64,000 nucleotides of DNA from an uncultured virus (IMG/VR IMGVR_UViG_3300006213_002314) (Duplodnaviria > Heunggongvirae > Uroviricota > Caudoviricetes). The stretch lies in the IMG/VR virus record IMGVR_UViG_3300006213_002314. One strand, written 5' to 3'. Under the pieces are notes generated by a model that was not told the origin of the DNA, did no database searches, and was given only the letters and a program-made list of their open reading frames with translations. The translations under genes and the position numbers were made by a program. Of this stretch, positions 18,817 to 28,066 are shown piece by piece (positions within the stretch are counted from its first letter, which is position 1; every line of letters starts with the position of its first letter).

Positions 18817-19951
18817 CAACATCTCCTCCTCTCAATTTTTTATTGGTTTTCTCTGCGTGTGTAAGCACGAAATCCTCCACCATCTTTTCCTTCAAGGAAT
18901 CGCTATCACAATGCTTTAGCATTCCAACATAGCAACTCAATGTATCAAATGCCTGTTTCAAAGTGATTTTCTTCACCCGGTACGCCTCCTGTCTTGCCTT
19001 TAGAACACGCTTCATGTGGAGTGTCGTTTTCTTTCTAAGCACAAGTTTGTCCGGCCATACCCGGTAGCCTACAAATTCAATTCCCTGGGTAATCGGACGA
19101 ATACAGGTTTTATTATTCAGCTGCAGCTCCAATTCAGTTTCGAGGAAGGAAGCGATTCTGTCCTTCCACTCTCTCAACTGATCTTTGCTACTGCATAAAA
19201 TAATCACATCATCCATGTATCGGATATAGTAACGGATCTGAAGCACCCGCTTGCAGAACTGATCCAAAACATCCAGATATACATTTGCAAATACCTGTGA
19301 TAACAAATTGCCTATTGGCATTCCCACATCAAAAAGACGTTCCTCCAAGGGAACTTCCCCAGGTGAACGTCCAGGCGGCAAACCAAACGGTGTATGCTCG
19401 CAATCAATAATAGATTCCAACAGTTTCAGTAACCGCTTGTCCTTTATTTTCTTTGCAAGTATTTTCTTCAATATCCGGTGTGATATCCGATAAAAATATT
19501 TACTGATATCCAGCTTTAGGTAAAACCATCGGGAATTTTCCTGACGTGATACCTGGATCAGCCAGTATTGGAGTCTCTGCGCCGCCATGAGCGGCCCTCT
19601 ATCCGGAATACATCCGTAAGAGTCTTTAATGTACCCCTTTACCAGCATAGGATTGACAACTCTGTATATAGCCCACTGTACGATTCGGTGCCGGAATTTG
19701 ATGGACATAATCATTCTCTTCTTTGGTTCGTACACGTAAAAAATATAATATTTCTCAATTCGGTACGTTCCATCATAGATTGACTGTCGGATTTCGCTCA
19801 GTAGCTCCCATGCATGGAAGTTATAATACATCACATCTTTGTTGTATCTCCTATCGGCCGAAGCATCCTCTAGCGCTCCATACAGATTATCCATTGAGAA
19901 GATAAGGTCAAATACATTCTTAATCTTCATAGTGTTGTCATTACCTTTCAT
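18746..19951 (-). CDS. brt: DGR reverse transcriptase
   Basis: LKLDISKYF, GMPIGNLLSQ (GxxxSQ), YIRYMDD; no maturase or HNH tail; next to TR and avd; alternative start 19930. Confidence 0.95.
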   Translation of the reverse strand: MKGNDNTMKIKNVFDLIFSMDNLYGALEDASADRRYNKDVMYYNFHAWELLSEIRQSIYDGTYRIEKYYIFYVYEPKKRMIMSIKFRHRIVQWAIYRVVNPMLVKGYIKDSYGCIPDRGPLMAAQRLQYWLIQVSRQENSRWFYLKLDISKYFYRISHRILKKILAKKIKDKRLLKLLESIIDCEHTPFGLPPGRSPGEVPLEERLFDVGMPIGNLLSQVFANVYLDVLDQFCKRVLQIRYYIRYMDDVIILCSSKDQLREWKDRIASFLETELELQLNNKTCIRPITQGIEFVGYRVWPDKLVLRKKTTLHMKRVLKARQEAYRVKKITLKQAFDTLSCYVGMLKHCDSDSLKEKMVEDFVLTHAEKTNKKLRGGDVDENIHYGSAGEDVRDYQITNGYH

Positions 19952-20156
19952 AAAAACTATGTGTTGCAGCTTTCGCTTGCGCTACTTGCAGCTTCCATAG
20001 GTGTCCCTGTTTTGTGTGTCTCCGCAGGGACGATTCTATCCACGCACGAATAGAACCATTTTTCTCCTGCCATGCGGCCCGGAGCGGAAACAGACTCCTT
20101 TATTCTCTCGCACTGTCGCCCAGTTCGTAAACTGACCGATTCTGGCATATGAGAGT

Positions 20157-20272
20157 AAAGCGGAGCGGAAGCCGATGTTGCTGTTGGCGTTGGACCGGGG
20201 GTTGTTGAGGTTCACGTTGAACACGCCAGCATTGGAAGTGTTGTTCCAGTTGCCCCCGCAGATCGGCAAACG
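20157..20272 (-). repeat. DGR template repeat (TR)
   Basis: Non-coding copy between avd and RT; 11 AAY codons and 26 adenines when read in VR frame; carries A at every VR mismatch. Confidence 0.95.
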
Positions 20273-20307
20273 AAATAGCCTGTTCACAATATTTTTACGC
20301 CACTCTA

Positions 20308-20739
20308 TTAGCGGCTGTATCGTGTCTTACTGCTTTTGCTTTGAGATGGTTTCTGATCGCCGTACACCCATTCTTTATATTTCCCTATCATTTTTCCAAT
20401 CTCTGTAGAGCGCCGTTCCCACTCATTCCTTGAGCTTGTACCTTTCAGGTATTTCAATCGGAACGCTACTCGGATATACGACTGGAGAGCCTTGTTTTTC
20501 TCATCCAATTCGCTGATAGAGGTCTTTTTATAGTATGCAACCGTCAATGCCGACGCCAGCTGCGACATCTGGTTCATACAATGGGCTATATCATCCCCAA
20601 GCAATTTCTGGTGCGGTATAGACCACTTTTCTATGAGTGGAAGAGCATAAACAATCATATCCTCAATTTTCTGCAGGAGCTTAAATCCATCCTCTTCCAT
20701 CTCTGGACTCATGTTGTTGTCGGATCTCTGTTCTGCCAC
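20308..20739 (-). CDS. avd: DGR accessory variability determinant
   Basis: 143 aa helical protein between target and TR; L..YIRVAFRLKYL...EIGKMIG pattern. Confidence 0.88.
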   Translation of the reverse strand: MAEQRSDNNMSPEMEEDGFKLLQKIEDMIVYALPLIEKWSIPHQKLLGDDIAHCMNQMSQLASALTVAYYKKTSISELDEKNKALQSYIRVAFRLKYLKGTSSRNEWERRSTEIGKMIGKYKEWVYGDQKPSQSKSSKTRYSR

Positions 20740-20762
20740 ATTCTTTCTCCTTTGCTAAAAAC

Positions 20763-20780
20763 GCCGCCTTCCCAGGCGGC
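20763..20780 (-). promoter_or_regulatory. DGR target hairpin downstream of VR1
   Basis: GCCGCCT-GGGA-AGGCGGC on minus strand, 7-bp stem. Confidence 0.8.
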
Positions 20781-20796
20781 AATCAGTTTACAGTTC

Positions 20797-21864
20797 TCAG
20801 TTTACAAAAGCGGAGCGGAAGCCGAGGTGGCTGCTGGCGTAGGACCGGGGGTAGTTGAGGTACACGCTGAACACGCCAGCACTGGAAGGGTTGCCCCAGT
20901 CGCCCCCGCAGATCGGCAAACGCTCACCCGTGAGGTTTGCGTAATGGTAATCACCGCCATAATCTCCACCTGGTTCATCCGGATATAAGAGCAGAGCTTT
21001 AGCAATTTCCGGCGCTGTCAAGCCAGCAGCAAGAGTCATATCCTTGTACTGTATTCCATGATACTCGTCTGTAGTAAATGTAACAGCTCCGCTCGTAAGT
21101 TGGAGCTTTCCTGACACCCAATCCCATTTCAGTGTACCGGACGTACCAGGTGTAACTAACGAACCGTCTGCCTTAATTGCTTTCCATTCCGTAGAGCCGG
21201 CAGCCATACTGATATCAGCAAGCAGGCTGTTTGCGTAAGGAATAATCTGAATTTCACCATCTTTCAAACGCATACCGGCACACCACTCCCAAACGTTTCC
21301 GTTCAGGTCGCAAATTCCGTCCGGAAGCCAGTTGTGATTCCAAGTATCCGGGCCGGAGCCAGTAGCGCAACGTGCCGGCTCACCAGGATGGCTTGCAGCA
21401 GAAGCGCTCTCGTAAAGCGTGGGAACGCCCTTCTCGTGCGGGTATGCATGATCGTGTCCCCAGTTATTGTTACCTCTCGGCATGGTTCCGTTTTTCCTGC
21501 ACCACAAAGCAATCGCACACCATAACGAATACGGCATCAGGCCCCAACCATTGCCCTTATTTCTGCAGTATGTGTTCGCCTGATCGAAATTGACGTAGGT
21601 TTTCGGGTCCTTGAATGGCAAGGAATACGCCCTGTCGTTCATTACGATATTCTGGAATTTTGAAACATAGATACTCTTCTTGTCAGCTCCTCCAACTTTG
21701 AAGCCCAGATGGTTTTCCTGGCTTCCACCAGTAATAACATCTGCCATCTTATATGCCGGAAACGCCACCATGACGGACGGCATCTCTCTGTCGTCCAGAA
21801 TTACCGTGTTCTTCCCGCCTGATAAAGCCTCTATAGCCAGTTTCATATCATCAAAATTTGCCAT
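20797..21864 (-). CDS. DGR target protein 1, putative receptor-binding/tail-tip protein (C-type-lectin/FGE fold)
   Basis: GICDLNGNVWEW motif, C-terminal VR; last gene of the tail module. Confidence 0.9.
   Translation of the reverse strand: MANFDDMKLAIEALSGGKNTVILDDREMPSVMVAFPAYKMADVITGGSQENHLGFKVGGADKKSIYVSKFQNIVMNDRAYSLPFKDPKTYVNFDQANTYCRNKGNGWGLMPYSLWCAIALWCRKNGTMPRGNNNWGHDHAYPHEKGVPTLYESASAASHPGEPARCATGSGPDTWNHNWLPDGICDLNGNVWEWCAGMRLKDGEIQIIPYANSLLADISMAAGSTEWKAIKADGSLVTPGTSGTLKWDWVSGKLQLTSGAVTFTTDEYHGIQYKDMTLAAGLTAPEIAKALLLYPDEPGGDYGGDYHYANLTGERLPICGGDWGNPSSAGVFSVYLNYPRSYASSHLGFRSAFVN
20807..20922 (-). repeat. DGR variable repeat VR1
   Basis: 116 bp aligned to TR 20157-20272 with 12 mismatches, all at TR adenines. 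Confidence 0.95.
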
Positions 21865-21868
21865 ATAC

Positions 21869-22237
21869 TTATACCTCCATTTCCCATAGTCTCAGTTCGC
21901 AACGATCCATACTAAAAGGCACCGGAGTCCGCTGTGTGATCGTTGGACTCTCAGTGCCTCCTTCTTCTGCATCCGGATTGTAACTCGGATTTGCGATTTC
22001 AGTTTCCGTGTACTCCCTGGCCGGGATAATAACCTGTGCGATGTATTTATCACCTGTCTCAGCTCCCATCACCAGGCCGCCAGTGTAGTCCTGGCAGATG
22101 TCGATTACCACCTCGTAATCACGCTCTTTCTTCGATACATTGAACATCAAATCTCCATCGTTGAAATCAATGTTCTTTCCCAGCACTTCATAGGGAATAA
22201 AAGTCTTGCCGTTCTCCGGCAGATGCGTTACTTTCAT
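21869..22237 (-). CDS. tail-associated hypothetical protein
   Basis: ORF track; position in tail fibre region. Confidence 0.6.
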   Translation of the reverse strand: MKVTHLPENGKTFIPYEVLGKNIDFNDGDLMFNVSKKERDYEVVIDICQDYTGGLVMGAETGDKYIAQVIIPAREYTETEIANPSYNPDAEEGGTESPTITQRTPVPFSMDRCELRLWEMEV

Positions 22238-22407
22238 CAGAAATACCTCCTTCTGTTATTTGCCATGTTTACCGCTTCATTGGTCCGGGCCGCAACGATT
22301 TCTGCGGCCTCACGCATGGACTTATCATTGCGATCCACCCCGTAGGACTTCATGATATGTTCGGTTTCCGCTTTCCGCACCCCATTGGGAATAATGATAT
22401 TTGCCAT
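22237..22407 (-). CDS. small hypothetical protein (56 aa)
   Basis: Read manually: MANIIIPNGVRK...RRRYF; fills the gap with coupled ends. Confidence 0.55.
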   Translation of the reverse strand: MANIIIPNGVRKAETEHIMKSYGVDRNDKSMREAAEIVAARTNEAVNMANNRRRYF

Positions 22408-22409
22408 GA

Positions 22410-22901
22410 TTACATGCCTCCTCTTACATACAGATTAAGGACAACCTTTGTTGCCGATCCAGTAAATGCTACTTTGAATCCATTGAGCAGCTTGTCACTG
22501 AACACAATGTCACCAACCGCTCCTCCGGTTACACTGACTACCTCCGGGGTGATGGTGTAGTCTTTGGTGTTTCTTTTCGTTGCAAGCTGCACTGTTTTCA
22601 GCGAATTGTTAAATGGGTATTCCTGATTGTTGCTCAATGTCACCTGCAGCGTTTCTCCAACGATGCCATCCAGTTTTTTTCCTGCGCTGTTGAGCATTCT
22701 GGTATTCTCGGCACAAATCTCATGCGCTTCAAAAATTCCTTTCTCCATGTGGTTGAAATTCGTGGCACTCTGGGGCGTTCCCTCCTGCATGGTTTCTCCC
22801 GGATCAGGAACGTGTTCAATGGAGCCGTCTCCGTTGACCGACTCTCTGTACCGGTATGGATGCTCTACAACCTCGTCTTTCCAGTCTAAAGGTACATACA
22901 C
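22410..22901 (-). CDS. putative tail fibre/baseplate-associated protein
   Basis: QEGTPQSATNFNHME motif; GTG start at 22901 after AGGAGG. Confidence 0.6.
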   Translation of the reverse strand: MYVPLDWKDEVVEHPYRYRESVNGDGSIEHVPDPGETMQEGTPQSATNFNHMEKGIFEAHEICAENTRMLNSAGKKLDGIVGETLQVTLSNNQEYPFNNSLKTVQLATKRNTKDYTITPEVVSVTGGAVGDIVFSDKLLNGFKVAFTGSATKVVLNLYVRGGM

Positions 22902-22917
22902 TGCCTTTTCCTCCTTT

Positions 22918-23223
22918 CTACTCCTCGTAAATATTGATTGTGAAGCGGTAGAAGATGCCGGACTGCGAGGACTTTCTTTCAATGTTCTCTGTCTTACTGC
23001 ACCATAAAATACCGCTCGTGTTATACAGCTGCACCTCTGTCACTTTGATGTTTCCGCTCGTTGGATGGTCGATAGTGAAATCTATCGCAACCTTTCCATC
23101 TTTCTTCACGTAAATATCTGTGATCTTTGCATTGTAGTAGGCGGAACCCACCTTATACTTTGCATAGGCAACTGTTCGTTTCACGTGGTCTTTAAACCCG
23201 TTGAGGGCTGCTGTTGTCAGCAT
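22918..23223 (-). CDS. tail-associated hypothetical protein
   Basis: ORF track; position. Confidence 0.6.
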   Translation of the reverse strand: MLTTAALNGFKDHVKRTVAYAKYKVGSAYYNAKITDIYVKKDGKVAIDFTIDHPTSGNIKVTEVQLYNTSGILWCSKTENIERKSSQSGIFYRFTINIYEE

Positions 23224-23241
23224 ATTTCAGCCTCCTTTCTG

Positions 23242-24120
23242 CTACAATCTCTTAGCACCGCAGATTTTATATACGATGCCGACCGCCTTCCCTTCGACTT
23301 TTGCAGATAATCCGCCATCTTCAATCACCCCTATACTGCTTGTTTCTGGCTCGTTTCCGGTTATAGGGTAGGGAAATTCAGTACCGCCCCCTAAAATCGA
23401 AGCCTGAAGCTGTAACGAGGTGATAGCGCCTATATTTGCCACATCAGGCTTTGTTCCAGACAAGATATACGGAAATTCCTGTCCTTCGCCATCGGCCTTT
23501 ATGCGGAGTCCACTCCTACTGATTTTCCCAACCGTGCTTTCATGTGGATACCGTCCGGTCTTATTTGCCTTGGATGCCATGCGGTAAGGGAATGTCTGCT
23601 TTCTCGGTTCTGCCCGGATTTTCACAGTTATCGGTGTCTCAAACACCACCCGATAGCTTTTTTGTGACTGCTTCACCTCGTCAACCAAATCCATAACTTG
23701 TCCCAGATTTACGCCACTTTCTCCCGGCGCTATCTTTATCTCGAAAGTATGAGGGGCTACATTCTCAACAAACTCTACTTCCCTACCGCATAACTCTTTA
23801 ATCAGCATTTCAATTCGGGCCGGATTCATGGGCTTTCTAAAATTTCTCTTCCGCATGATCTGGCTCCGCCTTTCTTCAATGCTCAAAGCTTCATTTGTGG
23901 CGATTCCATAACTCTGCTCCCAATAAGGCAAAGACCATGTCGCCGTCTCTGGGAACGCCTGATTTTTCAAATCGTAAACCGTTTCCTGCGCAAGAGTCAG
24001 CGGAACGCTCATAACTTCAAATATCCACTTTGCAACATAGGCTTCGTCATAGATGGGCGAAATCATGCTCATCATGTCTCTTGCGGTTTCTCTGGTCGGG
24101 AAATTCTCTAAATCAATCAC
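23242..24120 (-). CDS. baseplate wedge protein (XkdU/YmfQ-like)
   Basis: FPETATWSLPYWEQSYGI...IEERR. Confidence 0.75.
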   Translation of the reverse strand: MIDLENFPTRETARDMMSMISPIYDEAYVAKWIFEVMSVPLTLAQETVYDLKNQAFPETATWSLPYWEQSYGIATNEALSIEERRSQIMRKRNFRKPMNPARIEMLIKELCGREVEFVENVAPHTFEIKIAPGESGVNLGQVMDLVDEVKQSQKSYRVVFETPITVKIRAEPRKQTFPYRMASKANKTGRYPHESTVGKISRSGLRIKADGEGQEFPYILSGTKPDVANIGAITSLQLQASILGGGTEFPYPITGNEPETSSIGVIEDGGLSAKVEGKAVGIVYKICGAKRL

Positions 24121-25251
24121 TTAACTCCCCTCCTTCACGGTCACTTGATCCGTATATGGGTACTCGTCCATCCTCACGGCAATGTTAGACGTATCGCCAT
24201 TCACCCAAAGTTTCGTAAAATCCTCCACTCCTGGGGTATTTGTCAGAATGGAATGCACCCAGTTGTATTTCACCTCTTTGTCCTCGCTGACAGTCTTGTA
24301 ATATGCCGCTAATCCCTTCTTAAACTCAGCAAGAACCATCTCCTCCTCGTACTCGCTTTCAAGCGAAAGCCCCTCAATGACGTATGAGATATACACCAAT
24401 TCGGGAGCTGCTACCGTCAATATGGTATTCGGCGGAGCAAGACGATCAATGGGGCTGTCCGGACTCATAATGTAGTTATATACCGCTCTTTGCAGAGTCT
24501 CATTTGCCGCCTCACCATTGGCATCAAGCACTACTATTTTCACAGTCTCAGGCCCGTTCCACTCCGGAACAACAATGGCGGCTCCAATGCCCGGTACTGA
24601 CTCAGCCCATCGTTTGTAATCAGCATTATTACCGATATACGAATCATCCATATTTTCATTTGCTTCCATAATGCGATCTCTTAATTCATCATCGGTTTCC
24701 TCTTCGGTTCCTCCGCTCGCCTTTTCCGGATTGATGATGGCGCTGATCCCTTCTATCGGGACTGACAGAAGGGTAATTGTGTTCGCATTTACATTTGATT
24801 CCTTGCCGGCAATCAATGCCTGTACAATAACACTTCCTTTTCCTGTCGAATCCAAAACACAGCTCTCCAAGGTTGCAAATTCAACGGCTTCACTGCTATC
24901 TGTAGACCTTGTTGAAAATACCGTTCCCGCCTCAATGATTATTCCAGGTTCGCCTTCCACCACAACCGTAGCAGTAGCAAAATTCGGCGCTTTCCTCGAA
25001 AGCCTTGCCATGTTTGCTAGATAGTCAAGAAATTCTCCTGAACTCCATTGTGGAAACATCAGCTTTATTGCCTCCGGAATGTAAAACTCCAGCAACTCCG
25101 AAGAAATGATTGCTGTCGGTCTGGTAAAATCCCACGGAAAACCCGCCTCCGTTTTATCAATATCATCCGGAAGCATATCCATCATCCGGCTATGTATAGT
25201 GTCTACATCGCAATCCTGCAGGAAGTCCGGCAAAACAAAATCGTATTCCAT
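24121..25251 (-). CDS. baseplate J-like protein (XkdT-like)
   Basis: A...G...NV....I...GGTEEETDDELRDR...GN..DY..WA..VPG...V.P.WNGP.TV. Confidence 0.9.
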   Translation of the reverse strand: MEYDFVLPDFLQDCDVDTIHSRMMDMLPDDIDKTEAGFPWDFTRPTAIISSELLEFYIPEAIKLMFPQWSSGEFLDYLANMARLSRKAPNFATATVVVEGEPGIIIEAGTVFSTRSTDSSEAVEFATLESCVLDSTGKGSVIVQALIAGKESNVNANTITLLSVPIEGISAIINPEKASGGTEEETDDELRDRIMEANENMDDSYIGNNADYKRWAESVPGIGAAIVVPEWNGPETVKIVVLDANGEAANETLQRAVYNYIMSPDSPIDRLAPPNTILTVAAPELVYISYVIEGLSLESEYEEEMVLAEFKKGLAAYYKTVSEDKEVKYNWVHSILTNTPGVEDFTKLWVNGDTSNIAVRMDEYPYTDQVTVKEGS

Positions 25252-25270
25252 ATCCGCTTCACCTCCTTAC

Positions 25271-25711
25271 TCAAAAATTTGTTGACATTGTTTCCTCTTC
25301 CTCCCACTGATACCCTTTTACAACAAAGGTGACAATCGCTGCTCCGGAACTATAATCAAAATTAAACTCCCGGACATATTCGGTGGCCGGATGGACCAAC
25401 AATGCCTCGGTAATTGTCCTCTCTATCTCGCATTCCCTTGCGTTTTTATCCGGGAAATCATCCATATCTTCAAACTCTGTACCAATTTCATCGCTGTAAG
25501 CCAAAAACTCCTCTCGCTCTGTGGCAACTACTTTATGGCACCATTGCATAAATGCCTCCCTACCATCTGCCCGGACCAGTTTATTTGCTCCATCCCGTAA
25601 AAAATCGCCCTTCTCAAAGTCAAAATAGACTGAGGGGCGATATCGCTCTTCGTATTCAGGATCATCCGGTATTTCCGGCAGGTCGAACACAGGAAATAAT
25701 TGATCTGCCAT
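25271..25711 (-). CDS. baseplate protein (XkdS/DUF2634-like)
   Basis: FDFEKGDF...QW..K...TER..F.AYS...G.E...EIER.I.EAL. Confidence 0.8.
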   Translation of the reverse strand: MADQLFPVFDLPEIPDDPEYEERYRPSVYFDFEKGDFLRDGANKLVRADGREAFMQWCHKVVATEREEFLAYSDEIGTEFEDMDDFPDKNARECEIERTITEALLVHPATEYVREFNFDYSSGAAIVTFVVKGYQWEEEETMSTNF

Positions 25712-25720
25712 GTTCTCCTC

Positions 25721-26086
25721 CTATGATTTTTTTATTACATCAACAACAACAGCCTCGTTCTTTACCCATACAACGAGCACTCTGTCCCCAGCTTTCACCC
25801 TCGGAAGAGTAACACTGTGGCTGTGACCTCCGTTTCCGGAAATATGCCCTCCATGAGAGCCACCGGAGATGCTGATCGTCAACCCAGATACCAGTCTTCC
25901 CAGGTGATATTCTCCCTTCGGTATTGGAATCGGGAACATATCCGTTGTCAAGCTACCGTCTTTGTTGATGGTTCCGAAATCCGGTTCAACATCTGCCATA
26001 TTTCCTTCCGACACTTCACGCATTCTACTGGATAATGTCCTTGCCAGCTTATTTAATCCCGGATTACCTCCTGCTGTATCTGCCAT
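25721..26086 (-). CDS. baseplate spike-like protein (XkdR-like)
   Basis: His-rich GSHGGH...HSH tip and KAGDRVLV; start placed at ATG 26086. Confidence 0.65.
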   Translation of the reverse strand: MADTAGGNPGLNKLARTLSSRMREVSEGNMADVEPDFGTINKDGSLTTDMFPIPIPKGEYHLGRLVSGLTISISGGSHGGHISGNGGHSHSVTLPRVKAGDRVLVVWVKNEAVVVDVIKKS

Positions 26087-26100
26087 GATATCTGCACCTC

Positions 26101-27351
26101 CTACTCGAATGTTCCTTCGTCTACCCATCCGTAAACATTGCTTCCCGATCCAACATGGATAAGGTGCCACGGGTGAGCTTTTCCATTTCCTTTACAGTCT
26201 GGTCCAAGCGTGATTTTAGCCTTGCCCGCTTTCGCCTTGTAGCCTTTTGCTCCAGGCCAACTGCTTACATAATGAGTTCCGCCTTTGAAATTGACAACAT
26301 CGCCTACCTTGTAGCTCTTCTTAGTTTCTTTCTTCTTTTCACTAACCACTCTGGGCGTAAACTTCTCAACCTCCATTGTCATTTTACCGGCCTTGGCGTT
26401 GTGCTGTATGCTGTTCACCAGATAAAATCCATTAAGAGCGCCTACAACCGCATGGATCATATCGCCCTTTCGGATACATGGAACGTCAGGTGCGAGTAGT
26501 TTTGATGTGTCCTCCACATCTCCGTCTTCGTCAAGAATCTCCTTTGCCTCATTCTTTGTGTCGCTGAGATTATCGCTTTTTGAATGAGTGATAATTTTCT
26601 GAAACACTCCGTACTGAGTTTTACCATTTACGGTTGCTTCTAGCTTTGGCGCTCCATCTTTATCTTCAGACGATACGATCTTTACTCTCGTTACAATATT
26701 GGCTATACTGGTTTTATGACTTACTTCTGTAGCACTGTTTCCCTCGAAATGAAAAATCTCTGTATTGCTTCCCTTTTCAACGACTTGTATCTTCGTTTCT
26801 ACGCTCCGTACAATGGCCGCACATCCGCCCTTTTTCTTCGCTTCATCCAAAACACCTCGGATAATTTCACCGAGCTTTTTGTTTCTATACATAATTTTAG
26901 AATGTGATACATCTGGCCCACTATATTTTTCAATCGTAATGCCCCAGGATTTAAAAATTGAGGAAAGAATACTCTTTGTCTTCTTTCCTTTCGCAAAATA
27001 TACATTGTCACTGCTTTTCTGCAGATTGTATAGATTGTCGTATGCTACTACGTTGAATACTTCATCGCTCTTCGATGTCTTCCTTTCGCACTCAATGATA
27101 TTTCCCATTGCACAAATACCTTTTCCGCTCCCCCAATACCCTTTGACACCTACGATGGCTCCAATCTTCACCAAAGAGGATAGCCGGCTGCCGTTATACT
27201 TGGCATTGTACATATCAAAATGTATCTTCATTGCCAGCTCGTCCTCTCCCTCTTCCCAGCCTAAATTTTCAACAGCTTGGGTAATATCCAACTGGAGCTT
27301 CTTTTCGGTAATGACAATTACGGTGTAAGAAACATTGCTTATATTTACCAT
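26101..27351 (-). CDS. baseplate hub protein (XkdQ-like)
   Basis: VVAYDNLYNL..S...YF; position; C-terminal SH3-like segment (VYGWVD). Confidence 0.75.
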   Translation of the reverse strand: MVNISNVSYTVIVITEKKLQLDITQAVENLGWEEGEDELAMKIHFDMYNAKYNGSRLSSLVKIGAIVGVKGYWGSGKGICAMGNIIECERKTSKSDEVFNVVAYDNLYNLQKSSDNVYFAKGKKTKSILSSIFKSWGITIEKYSGPDVSHSKIMYRNKKLGEIIRGVLDEAKKKGGCAAIVRSVETKIQVVEKGSNTEIFHFEGNSATEVSHKTSIANIVTRVKIVSSEDKDGAPKLEATVNGKTQYGVFQKIITHSKSDNLSDTKNEAKEILDEDGDVEDTSKLLAPDVPCIRKGDMIHAVVGALNGFYLVNSIQHNAKAGKMTMEVEKFTPRVVSEKKKETKKSYKVGDVVNFKGGTHYVSSWPGAKGYKAKAGKAKITLGPDCKGNGKAHPWHLIHVGSGSNVYGWVDEGTFE

Positions 27352-27365
27352 GATTTATCACCACC

Positions 27366-28064
27366 TTACTTCTTTGGGATCGTCAGCTTTGTGCCGGGAT
27401 AAATCCAATGACCATTGTTTGATGATTTTTTTCCATGCTTTTTAGCCGCCGCCTCTATGGTGTTCTTGTTGAGCTTGTATATTTCAGGATATCTTGAGGC
27501 TTTCCCTAGCTTTTGTAGGGCAATCCTACTCAACGTATCTCCGCTTTTTACCGTATAAGTTGTGGTTTTATTCCCGGTAGTTGACTTCTTCGTGCTTTTC
27601 TTCGATGCTGGCCTCTTTGTTTTTGCTGGGGTTTTAATCTTCAACTCTTTTGTGGTATAAATCTTAATCTCCGTAGCAATGATAAACTTGATTTCATACT
27701 GGAAATCTCCGAGGCCACCAGTGTATTTCCCTTTGAAACTGGATATATAAACACTGTAGTTTATGCAGGTTCCTGTTACCAACAAATTACAGACAGTTCC
27801 TTTATCTCGGTACTGCTCCATTCTTTTTATCAGCGTATCTGGTTTAACCCATGCTGACACTAAAGGATTATTTTCCCTTGCCTTGCCCGGAAAGATTCCT
27901 GACCATGATATTTCCTTAACGCCTTTGCCCCTGGGGATTTTTACATCCCCAAGGGAAATAATGCTGTACGTCATGAATTTTGCATCTGCGCCCAGCGTGA
28001 TTTTCTCCGGCATCATTGGAAACTTCGTCTGTGAACCTCCTGACGGTGTAATATAAGCATCCAT
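27366..28064 (-). CDS. LysM-domain tail protein (XkdP-like)
   Basis: YTVKSGDTLSRIA...IYPGTKLTIP. Confidence 0.85.
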   Translation of the reverse strand: MDAYITPSGGSQTKFPMMPEKITLGADAKFMTYSIISLGDVKIPRGKGVKEISWSGIFPGKARENNPLVSAWVKPDTLIKRMEQYRDKGTVCNLLVTGTCINYSVYISSFKGKYTGGLGDFQYEIKFIIATEIKIYTTKELKIKTPAKTKRPASKKSTKKSTTGNKTTTYTVKSGDTLSRIALQKLGKASRYPEIYKLNKNTIEAAAKKHGKKSSNNGHWIYPGTKLTIPKK

Positions 28065-28066
28065 AT

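Noticed and set aside
18746..19951. RT as a group II intron, retron or Abi RT
   Set aside because: The GxxxSQ motif, adjacent avd and TR/VR pairs with adenine-only mismatches identify a DGR RT.
20036..20287. 83-aa ORF resembling the target C-terminus
   Set aside because: It is the template repeat read in VR frame (Asn-rich from AAY codons). TRs act as RNA, and there is no convincing RBS.
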